Assembly (NCBI GenBank): GCA_035316025.1
Contig: DATFXL010000110.1
Location: forward strand, 1 to 63,374
Origin: Acidimicrobiia bacterium
Lineage (GTDB): Bacteria; Actinomycetota; Acidimicrobiia; IMCC26256; JACDBD01
Direction of reading: 5' to 3'
DNA length: 63,374 nucleotides
Part shown: positions 41,677-50,901 of the stretch, piece after piece
How positions within the stretch are numbered: the first letter of the stretch is position 1
Layout: each line of letters begins with the position of its first letter
Position numbers and translations under genes: made by a program
Notes under the pieces: generated by a model
What the model was told of the DNA's origin: nothing
The model's input: the letters and a program-made list of their open reading frames with translations, nothing else
Database searches by the model: none

Positions 41677-42305
41677 GCCGGCGCACCCAGCCGCACCGCG
41701 TCGCGGACCGCCCGGGCGAGGCGCGAGCCCCAGCGGGATCGGGGTCCACCGAACGGCTCGGCGCGCCCGTCGATCGGTGTCGCGATGCACACGGCGTCGG
41801 TAGCGGTGCCCGTGCCGGGGACGCCGAGCTCGAAGAGCGCCTGCGCCTTGGCCTCCGTCGCGGTGGCGATGGCGTTGACGAGGGCGGCGTCCGAGAGGCG
41901 GGCCGGGAGCAGAGCGACGACGTTGATCGTGCCCGCCAGCCGGACCGGCACGCGCGGCTCCGCGCGCGGCGCCGCGGCCGCCCACCCCGGCTCACCCAGC
42001 CCGACCGTCGCGATGACCTCGGCGCCGTCGTCGACCGTCGTGACGAACGAGCGCACGTCGGCAGCGGTGAGCATGCCCACGCCATGGCCGGGCAGGCCCA
42101 GCGACACCGCCAGCTTCCGCAGGTGGTGGTCGGGGTCGCGGCGCGCGTACGACGCCGGTACCTGCGCGTTCACGATCCAGCGCCGGGTGGCAAGGCCACC
42201 GCCGTGCGGTGCCGACGCCGCCACCCGCAGCGGGCGGTCGAACCGCCACACCAGCACCGAGAGATTTCGACCCGCTTCAGATCGAGACCGAAGCTGGAGC
42301 TCCAC
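41673..42305 (-). CDS. cbiZ: Adenosylcobinamide amidohydrolase
   Basis: GMLTAA, ATVG, GTINV, TATEAK, GTGTATDAV, GGPRS; first gene after a B12 riboswitch. Confidence 0.88.
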   Translation of the reverse strand: MELQLRSRSEAGRNLSVLVWRFDRPLRVAASAPHGGGLATRRWIVNAQVPASYARRDPDHHLRKLAVSLGLPGHGVGMLTAADVRSFVTTVDDGAEVIATVGLGEPGWAAAAPRAEPRVPVRLAGTINVVALLPARLSDAALVNAIATATEAKAQALFELGVPGTGTATDAVCIATPIDGRAEPFGGPRSRWGSRLARAVRDAVRLGAPA

Positions 42306-42335
42306 GACGTCTCCGCGTCTTCCCGAGGGTTCTCG

Positions 42336-42478
42336 GGCAGGCAGGTCTCCTGGCTCCGGATCGACGCTCGCCCCGGCCTTCCAACCCCGAAGGGCCGTGG
42401 CCGTCGGTGGGGTTCGCTCCCCGGTCACAGTTGCGGGACAGCCCCGGACTCGCACCGGCGTTCCCTGCGCTGCGCCGT
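42336..42478 (-). promoter_or_regulatory. Cobalamin riboswitch (controls cbiZ...cobT operon)
   Basis: AGGGAACGCCGGTGCGAGTCCGGGGCTGTCCCGCAACTGTGA...GCCAC...GGAAGGC...GAGCCAGGAGACCTGCC (B12 box); TATTGT -10 upstream. Confidence 0.95.
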
Positions 42479-42529
42479 TCACAATAGCCAGCGCCGTCGC
42501 GGCGCGCCTTCGGCCTCGAGCTGTTGCGC

Positions 42530-42577
42530 TCGCACGCTCGGGCTCCTGCGGCGCGGCGGCGAAGCCGCCGTGGCCGC
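42530..42577 (+). repeat. Dispersed palindromic intergenic repeat, copy 3
   Basis: TCGCACGCTCGGGCTCCTGCGGCGCGGCGGCGAAGCCGCCGTGGCCG, matching copies 1 and 2. Confidence 0.75.
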
Positions 42578-42609
42578 GGTGCGGGACGGTGGGCGTACCC
42601 TTCCCGCTC

Positions 42610-43134
42610 GTGGCGCGCGGCGAGTCGGTCGTTCTTCTCAACACCGGGCACGGGAAGGGCAAGTCGTCGGCCGCGTTCGGCGTGATGGCGCGTGGTTGGG
42701 CGCGCGGCTGGCGCGTCGGCGTCGTCCAGTTCGTGAAGGGAGGCAAGTGGAAGACCGGTGAGCGCAAGCTCGCCGATCACCTCGACATCGAATGGCACAC
42801 GCTCGGCGACGGCTTCACGTGGGAGTCCACCGATCTCGACGAGACCGCTGCGAAGGGCCGGCACGCCTGGGAGGTCGCGGCGGCCAAGCTGTCGTCGGGC
42901 GACTACGACCTGCTGATCCTCGACGAGCTCACCTACGCGGTGAAGTACGAGTGGGTCCCGGTCGACGAGGTCGTCGCCGGCATCCGAGGACGCGCCGAGG
43001 GCACGAACGTCGTGATCACCGGGCGTGACGCCGCCGACGAGCTCGTCGACCTCGCCGACACCGCCACCGAGATGCGCAAGATCAAGCACGCGTACGACCG
43101 CGGCATCAAGGGCAAGAAGGGCATCGAGTTCTGA
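42610..43134 (+). CDS. cobO: Cob(I)yrinic acid a,c-diamide adenosyltransferase
   Basis: NTGHGKGKSSAAFG, QFVKG.W.TGE, ILDEL, VITGR, HAYDRG...KGIEF; TACCCT just upstream of the GTG. Confidence 0.94.
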   Translation: MARGESVVLLNTGHGKGKSSAAFGVMARGWARGWRVGVVQFVKGGKWKTGERKLADHLDIEWHTLGDGFTWESTDLDETAAKGRHAWEVAAAKLSSGDYDLLILDELTYAVKYEWVPVDEVVAGIRGRAEGTNVVITGRDAADELVDLADTATEMRKIKHAYDRGIKGKKGIEF

Positions 43135-44477
43135 TGGCCGGGCTCGGGCCGCGCGTCGTCGTCGCCGGCACGCATTCGGGCGTCGGCAAGACCACGATCG
43201 CCACCGGGCTGATGGCGGCGCTGCGCCGGCGTGGGACGCGCGTGGCCGCGGCCAAGGTCGGCCCCGACTTCATCGATCCCGGCTACCACGCCCTCGCCAC
43301 CGGGCGCGCCGCCCGCAACCTCGACGCGTGGATCTGCGGCGAGCATCGGATCGCACCGCTTGCCGCCAAAGCAGCACATGGCGCAGACGTGCTCGTGGTC
43401 GAGGGCGTGATGGGCCTGTTCGACGGGGCGGCCGAGCCCGGCAACCCGGCGAGCACGGCGCATGTCGCCCGCCTCCTCGACGCCCCCGTGCTGCTGGTCG
43501 TCGACGCGTCGGCCATGAGCGGCTCGGTGGCCGCGCTCGCGCACGGCTTCGCCACGTTCGACCCGTCGGTGCGCGTCGCCGGGATCGTGCTGAACCGGGT
43601 GGGAAGCCCGGCGCACGAGGCGATGCTGCGCGACGCACTGGCGCCGCTCGAAGTCCCCGTCCTCGGCGCACTGGCGCGTGCCGACGAGCTCGCCTGGCGC
43701 GACCGCCACCTCGGGCTCGTGCCGGTGGTCGAGCAGCGCGAAGCGGTGCAGGCTGCAGTCGACCGCCTGGCCGTCGAAGTGGCGGCGTCGTGCGACCTCG
43801 ACACGATCGTGCGCGTCGCGGGCAGCGCGCCCCGCGTCGCAGCCGGCGACCCGCCTGCCGCACGCCCGACCGCAGCCGCCCGCGTCGCCGTCGCCGGCGG
43901 GCCCGCGTTCAGCTTCACGTATCCGGACAACCTCGAGCTGCTCGAGGAGGCGGGCGCCGAGCTCGTCCCGTTCGATCCCCGCTACGACGCGGCACTGCCA
44001 GACGACGTCGACGCCGTGTACGCCGGCGGCGGTTTCCCCGAGGTGTTCGTCGAAGAGCTCGCCTCCAACCGTCCCCTGCTCACCGACTTGCACGAGCGCG
44101 TCGAGGATGGGCTCGTGGCCTGGGCCGAGTGCGGCGGCCTGCTGTGGCTGAGCCGCTCGCTGGACGGCCACGCCCTGTGTGGCGCGCTGGCCGCCGACGG
44201 ACGCATGAGCGACCGGCTCACCCTCGGGTACCGGACAGCACGCGTCGATTGCGATACGCCCGTCACGCCCGCGGGTGCGCAGCTGCGCGGCCACGAGTTC
44301 CACTACTCGGTGCTCGACCCGCCCGGCGACGCGCTCGAGATGTCGGGCCGCAACGGGCCGACGCGTGCCGGCTACGCGTCGCCGCGCCTCCTCGCCAGCT
44401 ACCTGCATCTGCACCTGGCAGCCGACCCGCGGATGGCCGAGCGCTTCGTCACAACCGCCGCTTCGATGCGTTCCTGA
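43134..44477 (+). CDS. cobB: Cobyrinate/hydrogenobyrinate a,c-diamide synthase
   Basis: SGVGKTT, KVGPDFIDP, EGVMGLFDG, RHLGLV, GGGFPE, AECGG, GHEFHYS. Confidence 0.95.
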   Translation: MAGLGPRVVVAGTHSGVGKTTIATGLMAALRRRGTRVAAAKVGPDFIDPGYHALATGRAARNLDAWICGEHRIAPLAAKAAHGADVLVVEGVMGLFDGAAEPGNPASTAHVARLLDAPVLLVVDASAMSGSVAALAHGFATFDPSVRVAGIVLNRVGSPAHEAMLRDALAPLEVPVLGALARADELAWRDRHLGLVPVVEQREAVQAAVDRLAVEVAASCDLDTIVRVAGSAPRVAAGDPPAARPTAAARVAVAGGPAFSFTYPDNLELLEEAGAELVPFDPRYDAALPDDVDAVYAGGGFPEVFVEELASNRPLLTDLHERVEDGLVAWAECGGLLWLSRSLDGHALCGALAADGRMSDRLTLGYRTARVDCDTPVTPAGAQLRGHEFHYSVLDPPGDALEMSGRNGPTRAGYASPRLLASYLHLHLAADPRMAERFVTTAASMRS

Positions 44478-44544
44478 CCTTCCCATCGCGGAGCTGAGAA
44501 ACGCACCGGTCGCCCGGGCACCGCCCGCCGGTTATGCTCCGCGA

Positions 44545-44682
44545 GCCGCGGTGTACGGGAAGCCGGTGGGAGTCCGGTGCGGTCCCGCCACTGTGACCGG
44601 GGAGCGACCCCTCGATGCGCCACCGGTGAACCGGGAAGGCGAGGGCGAACGGGGATCCGGGAGCCAGGAGACCGGCTGCGGC
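44545..44682 (+). promoter_or_regulatory. Cobalamin riboswitch (controls ring synthesis and Co uptake operon)
   Basis: CGGGAAGCCGGTGGGAGTCCGGTGCGGTCCCGCCACTGTGA...GCCAC...GGGAAGGC...GAGCCAGGAGACCGGC; TATGCT -10 upstream. Confidence 0.95.
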
Positions 44683-44710
44683 GACGGGACAAGCGTCCCA
44701 CGGGGATGGG

Positions 44711-45415
44711 ATGGCACCGGCGTTGGTCGGGGTGGGAGTCGGCCCCGGCGATCCCGAGCACGTCACTCTCGAGGCGTTGCGCGCGCTACGCGAAGCGCAG
44801 CGCGTCTTCGCGCCGTCGCTGGCGATGGACGTCGTCGGGCGGGCCGAGTCGATCGTGCGCGAGGCGGCGCCGGACGTGCCGGTCGAGCGCCTCGTCGTCG
44901 AGATGCGCCGCGAGGGCGGACCCGGCGTGTACGCGGAGGCCGCCGGCCGGATCGCCGCCTGCCTCGACCACGGCGAGCGGGTCGCGTTCGCGACGCTCGG
45001 CGACCCGAACATCTACAGCACGTTCTCGTCTCTCGCGCGCGAGGTTCGCACCCGCTGTCCCGACGCTGCCATCGAGACGGTCGCGGGGATCATGGCGTTC
45101 CAGGCCCTCGCCGCCCGGGCCGGGTTCGTCGTGCTCGAAGGCACCGAGACGCTGGCCCTGGTTACCGCCCTCGACGGCCCCGACGACCTCGACGACGCGC
45201 TCGCCGATCCCACCCGTGCCGTCGCCGTCTACAAGGGCGGCCGCCATCTCCCCGCCATCGCCAAGCGTCTCGCCGACGCGGGCCGGCTCGAAGGCGCCGT
45301 CGCCGGCGAGCTCCTCGGGCTGCCGGGCGAGCGCGCCGGCCCGCTCGACGCGCTGGCCGGCGCGCCCGCGAGCTATCTCGCCACCGTGCTCGTTCCGCCG
45401 GGACGCCGGACGTGA
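44711..45415 (+). CDS. cbiL: Precorrin-2/Co-factor II C20-methyltransferase (CobI/CbiL)
   Basis: GVGVGPGDPEHVT, TLGDPNIYSTF, AVYK, SYLAT. Confidence 0.88.
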   Translation: MAPALVGVGVGPGDPEHVTLEALRALREAQRVFAPSLAMDVVGRAESIVREAAPDVPVERLVVEMRREGGPGVYAEAAGRIAACLDHGERVAFATLGDPNIYSTFSSLAREVRTRCPDAAIETVAGIMAFQALAARAGFVVLEGTETLALVTALDGPDDLDDALADPTRAVAVYKGGRHLPAIAKRLADAGRLEGAVAGELLGLPGERAGPLDALAGAPASYLATVLVPPGRRT

Positions 45416-46200
45416 TCTCGTTCGTCGGCGCCGGGCCGGGGGCTGCCGACTTGATCACGCTGCGCGGCCGCGACCGCCTGGCCTCCGCCGACGTCGTCGT
45501 GTGGGCGTCGTCGCTCGTCCCCGAGGCGATGCTCCACCACGCACGCCCCGGCGCGGAGGTGCACGACTCCGCCGCCATGACGCTCGAGGACGTGCTCGCC
45601 GTGTACGACGCGCATCCAGCTGCCCGCGTCGTGCGTCTCCACTCCGGCGACCCCGTCCTGTACGGCGCGATCCAGGAGCAGCTCGACTGGTGCGTCGCTC
45701 ACGAGCGCGATTTCGAGATCGTGCCTGGCGTGAGCTCGTTGGGCGCGGCGGCGGCCGCCGTCGGACGCGAGCTGACGGTCCCGACCGTGTCCCAGAGCGT
45801 CGTACTCACGCGGCTCGGCGGCCGCACGGCGGCGTCGATGCCCGCCCGCGAGTCGGTCGCCGCCTTCGCCGCCCACGGCACGACAATGGCCGTGTTCCTC
45901 TCCGCCGCCCGGCCCGCCGAGCTCCAGCAGGAGCTGCTCGCCGGCGGAAGCGACTACGCCGGCGACACCCCCGCCGCGATCGTCGTGCGCGCCTCCTGGC
46001 CCGACGAGCGCGTCGTCACCACCACGCTCCGCTGCCTGGCGGCCGAGCTGGGCGCGCTCGAAGCGACCCGCACCGTGCTCGTCCTGGTGGGACCGGCGCT
46101 ACGCGGCGCCGCGCCCCGGTCGCATCTGTACGCGCCGCAGTTCGCCCACAAGTTCCGGCGCCGGTCACCCGCCGGCTCGACCGTAGGGCGGCCGGCGTGA
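45412..46200 (+). CDS. cobM: Precorrin-4 C11-methyltransferase (CobM/CbiF)
   Basis: FVGAGPGAADLITLRG, RLHSGDP..YGAIQEQ, SQSVVLTR, ASWPDE, SHLY. Confidence 0.94.
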   Translation: MISFVGAGPGAADLITLRGRDRLASADVVVWASSLVPEAMLHHARPGAEVHDSAAMTLEDVLAVYDAHPAARVVRLHSGDPVLYGAIQEQLDWCVAHERDFEIVPGVSSLGAAAAAVGRELTVPTVSQSVVLTRLGGRTAASMPARESVAAFAAHGTTMAVFLSAARPAELQQELLAGGSDYAGDTPAAIVVRASWPDERVVTTTLRCLAAELGALEATRTVLVLVGPALRGAAPRSHLYAPQFAHKFRRRSPAGSTVGRPA

Positions 46201-47303
46201 GCGCGCGCGCCGCTACTCGCGAACCGGATCTCGCGCCTGACGTCGCCGCGCGTACGACGGGGCTGCGTGCCGGGTGGACGACGGGCACCTGCGCGACCGC
46301 GGCCGCGAAGGCCGCCGCCGTGGGACTCGTCACGGGCTCTGCGCCCGAAACCGTCGAGGTCGGCCTGCCCTCGGGGCGGCGGGTCCGCTTCCCGGTCGAG
46401 AGCGAGGCGCCGGCGCGATGTGTGGTCGTGAAGGACGCCGGTGACGACCCGGACTGCACCGACGGCGCCCGCGTTACTGCCGCGGTGGAGTGGCCGGCGC
46501 CGGGCGAGTGGGCGACCCGCCTCCGAGCGGGGCCGGGCGTCGGCACGATCACGAAGCCCGGCCTGGGGTTGCCCGTCGGCGCGCCCGCGATCAACCCCGT
46601 CCCGGAGCGCATGATCCGCGCCGCGCTGAGCGAGGTGACCGACCGGCCGGTCGACGTGACGATCTCGGTACCCGGCGGCGAAGCGATGGCGGCGAAGACC
46701 ACCAACGCGCGCCTGGGGATCCTCGGGGGCATCTCCATCCTCGGGACCACCGGGATCGTGCGCCCCTTCTCGACCGCCGCTTACCGCGCGTCCGTCGTCC
46801 AGCAGATCGACGTCGCCGCCGCCCAGGGCGAACGCACGGTCCTGCTCGCCACCGGGAGCCGGTCGGAGCACGCCGCCACCGGTCTCCACCCGGAGCTCGA
46901 CGACGTGTGCTGCGTCGAGGTCGGAGATTTCACCGGCATCGCGCTGCGGCGCGCTGCCGCCGTCGGCGTCGAGCACGTCGTGTTCGTCGGCATGGCGGGC
47001 AAGATCGCCAAGCTCGCCGCCGGCGTGATGATGACCCACTTCCACCGGTCCAAGGTCGACGGCTACGTGCTCGCAGCGGCCGCCCGCGCCGTGGGTGCAC
47101 CCACGGAAGTCGTCGACGCCGCGACCGAGACGGGGACGGCGCGCCACTTCTTCGAGGTGTGCCTCGCGCACCACGCCCTCGAGCCGCTCCAGCTCTTGTG
47201 CGCACACGCGGCCGACGCGTGCCGGCGGCACGTCGACGGCTCGCTCGACATTGCGGTCGTCATGGTCGACTTCGAAGGCGCCGAGGTGATCGCCCGTGCC
47301 TGA
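46197..47303 (+). CDS. cbiD: Cobalt-precorrin-5B C1-methyltransferase
   Basis: LRAGWTTGTCATAA, KDAGDDPDCT, AINPVP, TTNARLGILGGISILGTTGIVRPFS. Confidence 0.96.
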   Translation: MSARAATREPDLAPDVAARTTGLRAGWTTGTCATAAAKAAAVGLVTGSAPETVEVGLPSGRRVRFPVESEAPARCVVVKDAGDDPDCTDGARVTAAVEWPAPGEWATRLRAGPGVGTITKPGLGLPVGAPAINPVPERMIRAALSEVTDRPVDVTISVPGGEAMAAKTTNARLGILGGISILGTTGIVRPFSTAAYRASVVQQIDVAAAQGERTVLLATGSRSEHAATGLHPELDDVCCVEVGDFTGIALRRAAAVGVEHVVFVGMAGKIAKLAAGVMMTHFHRSKVDGYVLAAAARAVGAPTEVVDAATETGTARHFFEVCLAHHALEPLQLLCAHAADACRRHVDGSLDIAVVMVDFEGAEVIARA

Positions 47304-48477
47304 GCGAATCGCCGTCGTCGGCGTCAGCGGAGGCGAGCCGGTGGGCAAGGAGGCGCGTGCCGCGATCGAGGCCGCCACCGTCGTCGCCGGCGCGCCCCGC
47401 CACCTCCGCACCCTGGCGCCGATCGGCGCGCGATTACTGCCGATCGACGGGCCACTCGTCGACGTCCTCGACGAGATCGAACACGAGCGGGGCGGCGTCT
47501 GCGTCCTTGCCTCGGGCGATCCCGGGTTCTTCGGGATCGTGCGCGTGCTCGCCGAACGCGCCGGCCCCGACCGGCTCGACGTCCATCCCGCGCCGTCGTC
47601 GGTGTCACTGGCGTTCGCCCGCCTCGGCATCCCGTGGGACGACGCCGCCGTGATCTCGGCCCACGGCCGAGCCCTCTCCGACGCTGCCCGCCACGCAATC
47701 CGTCATGGCAAGGTCGCCGTGCTCACCGCGCCCGCTGCGCCGCCCGAGGCGCTCGGCCGCGAGCTCCTCGCCCTCGGCGCGCCGCACCGCCGCGCCGCGG
47801 TGTGCACGCACCTCGGCGAGGCCGACGAGCGTGTCGACATCACGACCCTCCGCGAGCTGGCCGCCGGTACCTTCGACGCGCGGTCGGTCGTTGTGCTCCT
47901 CGACGGCGACGGCGAGGCGATCGCGACGGCGCCGACGCTCGAATGGGGCCGGCCCGAGGGTCGCTTCGCGGCGCGGGAGGGTCTCGTTACGAAGGCCGAG
48001 GTGCGCGCGGTCGTGCTCGGCAAGCTCGCGCTGCCCGATGCCGGCGTCGTCTGGGACGTCGGCGCCGGCAGCGGCAGCGTTGCGATCGAGATCGCCGCAC
48101 TCGCGCCCCGCTTGCGTGTCTTCGCCGTGGAGCAGCACGCCCCCGACGCAGCACGCGTTGCCGCCAACGCACGCGCGCACGGCGTCGCGATCGACCTGGT
48201 GCACGGGACCGCGCCCGACACGCTGGATGCCTTGCCCGACCCCGACCGGATCTTTCTCGGCGGAGGAGGCTTGGCCGTGCTGGACGCCGCCCTCGCCCGC
48301 CTCCGGCCCCGCGGTCGCATCGCTGCCACGTTCGCTGCCTTTGATCGTGCAGCCGCCGCCTACCAACGCCTCGGCAACCTCGCCGAGATCTCCGTCGCGC
48401 GCGGCAAGCCCCTCGCCGGCGGGGTCCGCCTCGAAGCCGAGAACCCAGTGTTCGTCCTGTGGGGGCCGGAGCCGTGA
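47296..48477 (+). CDS. cobL: Precorrin-6Y C5,15-methyltransferase (CbiE-CbiT / CobL)
   Basis: LASGDPGFFG, SAHGR, TKAEVR, WDVGAGSGSVAIE, FLGGG. Confidence 0.93.
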   Translation: MPERIAVVGVSGGEPVGKEARAAIEAATVVAGAPRHLRTLAPIGARLLPIDGPLVDVLDEIEHERGGVCVLASGDPGFFGIVRVLAERAGPDRLDVHPAPSSVSLAFARLGIPWDDAAVISAHGRALSDAARHAIRHGKVAVLTAPAAPPEALGRELLALGAPHRRAAVCTHLGEADERVDITTLRELAAGTFDARSVVVLLDGDGEAIATAPTLEWGRPEGRFAAREGLVTKAEVRAVVLGKLALPDAGVVWDVGAGSGSVAIEIAALAPRLRVFAVEQHAPDAARVAANARAHGVAIDLVHGTAPDTLDALPDPDRIFLGGGGLAVLDAALARLRPRGRIAATFAAFDRAAAAYQRLGNLAEISVARGKPLAGGVRLEAENPVFVLWGPEP

Positions 48478-50135
48478 GCGGGCGAGTCGTGAGCGTGTCG
48501 ATCACCGAGGCCGGCCGAGCGCGCGCCCGTGGGCTCCCGTTCGAGCACGTCCACGGCGCAGCTGCCGTCGCGGTGCGCGAACGTTGGCGCGCCGTCGACG
48601 GGTTCGTCCTGTTCCTCGCCACCGGTGCTGCCGTCCGGATCGTGGCGCCGCTGCTCGCGGGCAAGGGCCGCGACCCCGCCGTGGTGTGCGTCGACGAAGG
48701 CGGCCGGTACGCAGTGGCGCTCGTTGGTGGCCACGCCGGCGGCGCCAACCTGCTCGCGCAGCAGGTCGGCGGCCTGCTCGACGCCGAGCCCGTCCTCACA
48801 ACCGGCACGGACAGCACAGGATCCATCGCGCTCGACAGCCTCCCCGGCTTCGTCGCGTGCGGCGACATCGCCACGGTGACGACCGCCATGCTCGACGGAC
48901 GCGCACCGCGCGTCGTCAACGAGCAGGATTGGCCGCTGCCGCCGGACCTGACCGCGGGAGCCGCCGACGCGTCCGAGTGCATCGTGATCACGGATTGCAG
49001 TCACGCACCCCGCCCCGGCGTCGTGGTGCTACACCCGCCATCGCTCGTCGCCGGCGTCGGCGCGTCGACCGGTGCACCGCCGGAGGATCTGGCGGGTCTG
49101 CTCGACGGCGAGCTCCACCACGCCGGGCTCGCGCGGGCGTCCGTGGCGGAGGTCGCGACGCTCGACCGGAAGACGACGGACCCCGCCGTGCGAGCGCTCG
49201 GCCGTCCGGTGCGGGGGTTCGCCGCCGAGGCCCTGCGCGCCGTCGCCGTGCCGACTCCGAGCGCGGTCGTCGCCGAGGCCGTCGGCACGCCCAGCGTCGC
49301 CGAGGCGGCCGCCTTGCTCGCCGCCGGCGCCGACGCCGAGCTCGTCGTGCCGAAGCGAGCGAACGCGGTGGCCACGGTTGCGATCGCGCGCCGAGCGCGC
49401 CCACCCGGCCGGCTGCGGATCGTCGGCCTCGGGCCCGGCGCGCCCGCCCTGCGCACGGCGGCCGCCGTGGCCGCGGTGCGCCACGCCCAGGTTGTCATCG
49501 GATACGGCCCTTACGTCGACGCCTGCGCCGATCTGCTGCAACCGCACCACGAGGTTTTGCGCAGCCCGATCGGCGAGGAGGTCCTTCGGGCCAAGCAGGC
49601 GCTCGCCGAAGCGGGCGGCGGGCGAGAGGTCGCACTCGTGTGCTCCGGTGATCCGGGTGTGTACGCGATGGCCGCGGTCGCACTCGGGCTCGCCGCAGAC
49701 GCGCCGGACGTCGAGATCGAGATCGTGCCCGGCGTGACGGCGGCGCTGGCGTCCGCGGCCGCCGCCGGCGCGCCGCTCGGACACGACTTCGCGACGATCA
49801 GCCTCTCCGACCTCCTGACGCCCTGGGACGCCATCGAACGCCGCCTGCGCGCCGCCGCCGTCGCCGACTTCGCGATCGCCCTTTACAACCCGCGCTCGGA
49901 GCGACGCACGTGGCAGCTCGACGCCGCCTGTCGCATCCTCCTGGAGCACCGGCCGCCGGCGACGCCCGTCGCGGTCGTGACCGACGCGTCCCGCGCCGAC
50001 GAGCAGATCCACGTCACGACGCTCACTGACATGGATCCGGCCTCCGCCGGCATGACGAGCTGCGTCCTGATCGGAACCTCCTCGACGCGCGTCGTCGGCG
50101 GACGCATGGTCACGCCGCGGGGGTACCGGCCGTGA
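48474..50135 (+). CDS. cobJ: CbiG (cobalt-precorrin-5A hydrolase) - CbiH/CobJ (C17-methyltransferase) fusion
   Basis: ATGAAVR, DPAVVCVDE, GGHAGGAN, SVAEAAA (CbiG); GLGPG, SGDPGVYAMA, ISLSDLLTPW, YNPRS, TPRGY (CbiH). Confidence 0.94.
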   Translation: MSGRVVSVSITEAGRARARGLPFEHVHGAAAVAVRERWRAVDGFVLFLATGAAVRIVAPLLAGKGRDPAVVCVDEGGRYAVALVGGHAGGANLLAQQVGGLLDAEPVLTTGTDSTGSIALDSLPGFVACGDIATVTTAMLDGRAPRVVNEQDWPLPPDLTAGAADASECIVITDCSHAPRPGVVVLHPPSLVAGVGASTGAPPEDLAGLLDGELHHAGLARASVAEVATLDRKTTDPAVRALGRPVRGFAAEALRAVAVPTPSAVVAEAVGTPSVAEAAALLAAGADAELVVPKRANAVATVAIARRARPPGRLRIVGLGPGAPALRTAAAVAAVRHAQVVIGYGPYVDACADLLQPHHEVLRSPIGEEVLRAKQALAEAGGGREVALVCSGDPGVYAMAAVALGLAADAPDVEIEIVPGVTAALASAAAAGAPLGHDFATISLSDLLTPWDAIERRLRAAAVADFAIALYNPRSERRTWQLDAACRILLEHRPPATPVAVVTDASRADEQIHVTTLTDMDPASAGMTSCVLIGTSSTRVVGGRMVTPRGYRP

Positions 50136-50308
50136 CGGTCACCGTGACCGCCGCCTGCACGGCCTGCGGTGCGTGCATCGTCACCTGCCCCGAACGGGCC
50201 CTGCTCGTCGCGCCCCACCGACCACAGGTCGTCGACGAACGGTGCACCACCTGCCTGGCGTGCGTCGAGGTCTGCCCGCGCGACGCCGTCGAGGAGGTCC
50301 GCGCATGA
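50132..50308 (+). CDS. 2[4Fe-4S] dicluster ferredoxin (58 aa, not in ORF track)
   Basis: MTVTVTAACTACGACIVTCPERALLVAPHRPQVVDERCTTCLACVEVCPRDAVEEVRA: two CxxCxxCxxxCP motifs; GTGA and ATGA overlaps with both neighbours. Confidence 0.92.
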   Translation: MTVTVTAACTACGACIVTCPERALLVAPHRPQVVDERCTTCLACVEVCPRDAVEEVRA

Positions 50309-50901
50309 TCCACCCGATCGAGGCCGAGAGCTACCGCATCCTGGAGGGGCGCGTCGACCTCTCGCACCTCGGTCCGGCGTCGCGCGCCGTCGTCGAGCGC
50401 GTGATCCATGCCAGCGCCGACCCCGAATACGCAACGTCGATGCACCTCGACGACGCGGCCGTCGACCGGGGTGTGCACGCCATCCGCTCCGCGTCTCCCG
50501 TGCTGTGCGACGTCGAGATGGTCCGGCACGGCATCCACGGGCTCCACGCCGAGTGCTGCCTGCCCGCGTCCGGCGACGATGCCCAGACCACGCGTAGCGC
50601 CCTCGGCATGCGGGCGGCGGCCGCGTGCCATCCGGAGGGCGCCGTGGTCGTCGTCGGCTGCGCGCCAACCGCCCTCGAAGAGGTCGTCGACCTCGCCGAG
50701 CGGGGTGCGTTCGCGCCCGCGCTCGTCGTCGGTCTGCCGGTCGGGTTCGTCGGCGCCGCCGAATCGAAGGCGCGGTTGCGCGCCAGCGGGTTGACCGCGA
50801 TCTCCAATGTCGGCGAGAAGGGCGGGAGCGCGGTCGCAGCCGCGACGGTCAACGCGTTCGTCCGCCTCGCCGGCCACGTACCCGAAGGGAACGCACCATG
50901 A
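50305..50901 (+). CDS. cobH: Precorrin-8X methylmutase (CobH/CbiC)
   Basis: HPIEAESY, RVIHASAD, TRSA, GCAPTAL, GLPVGFVGAAESK, KGGSAVAAA. Confidence 0.94.
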   Translation: MIHPIEAESYRILEGRVDLSHLGPASRAVVERVIHASADPEYATSMHLDDAAVDRGVHAIRSASPVLCDVEMVRHGIHGLHAECCLPASGDDAQTTRSALGMRAAAACHPEGAVVVVGCAPTALEEVVDLAERGAFAPALVVGLPVGFVGAAESKARLRASGLTAISNVGEKGGSAVAAATVNAFVRLAGHVPEGNAP

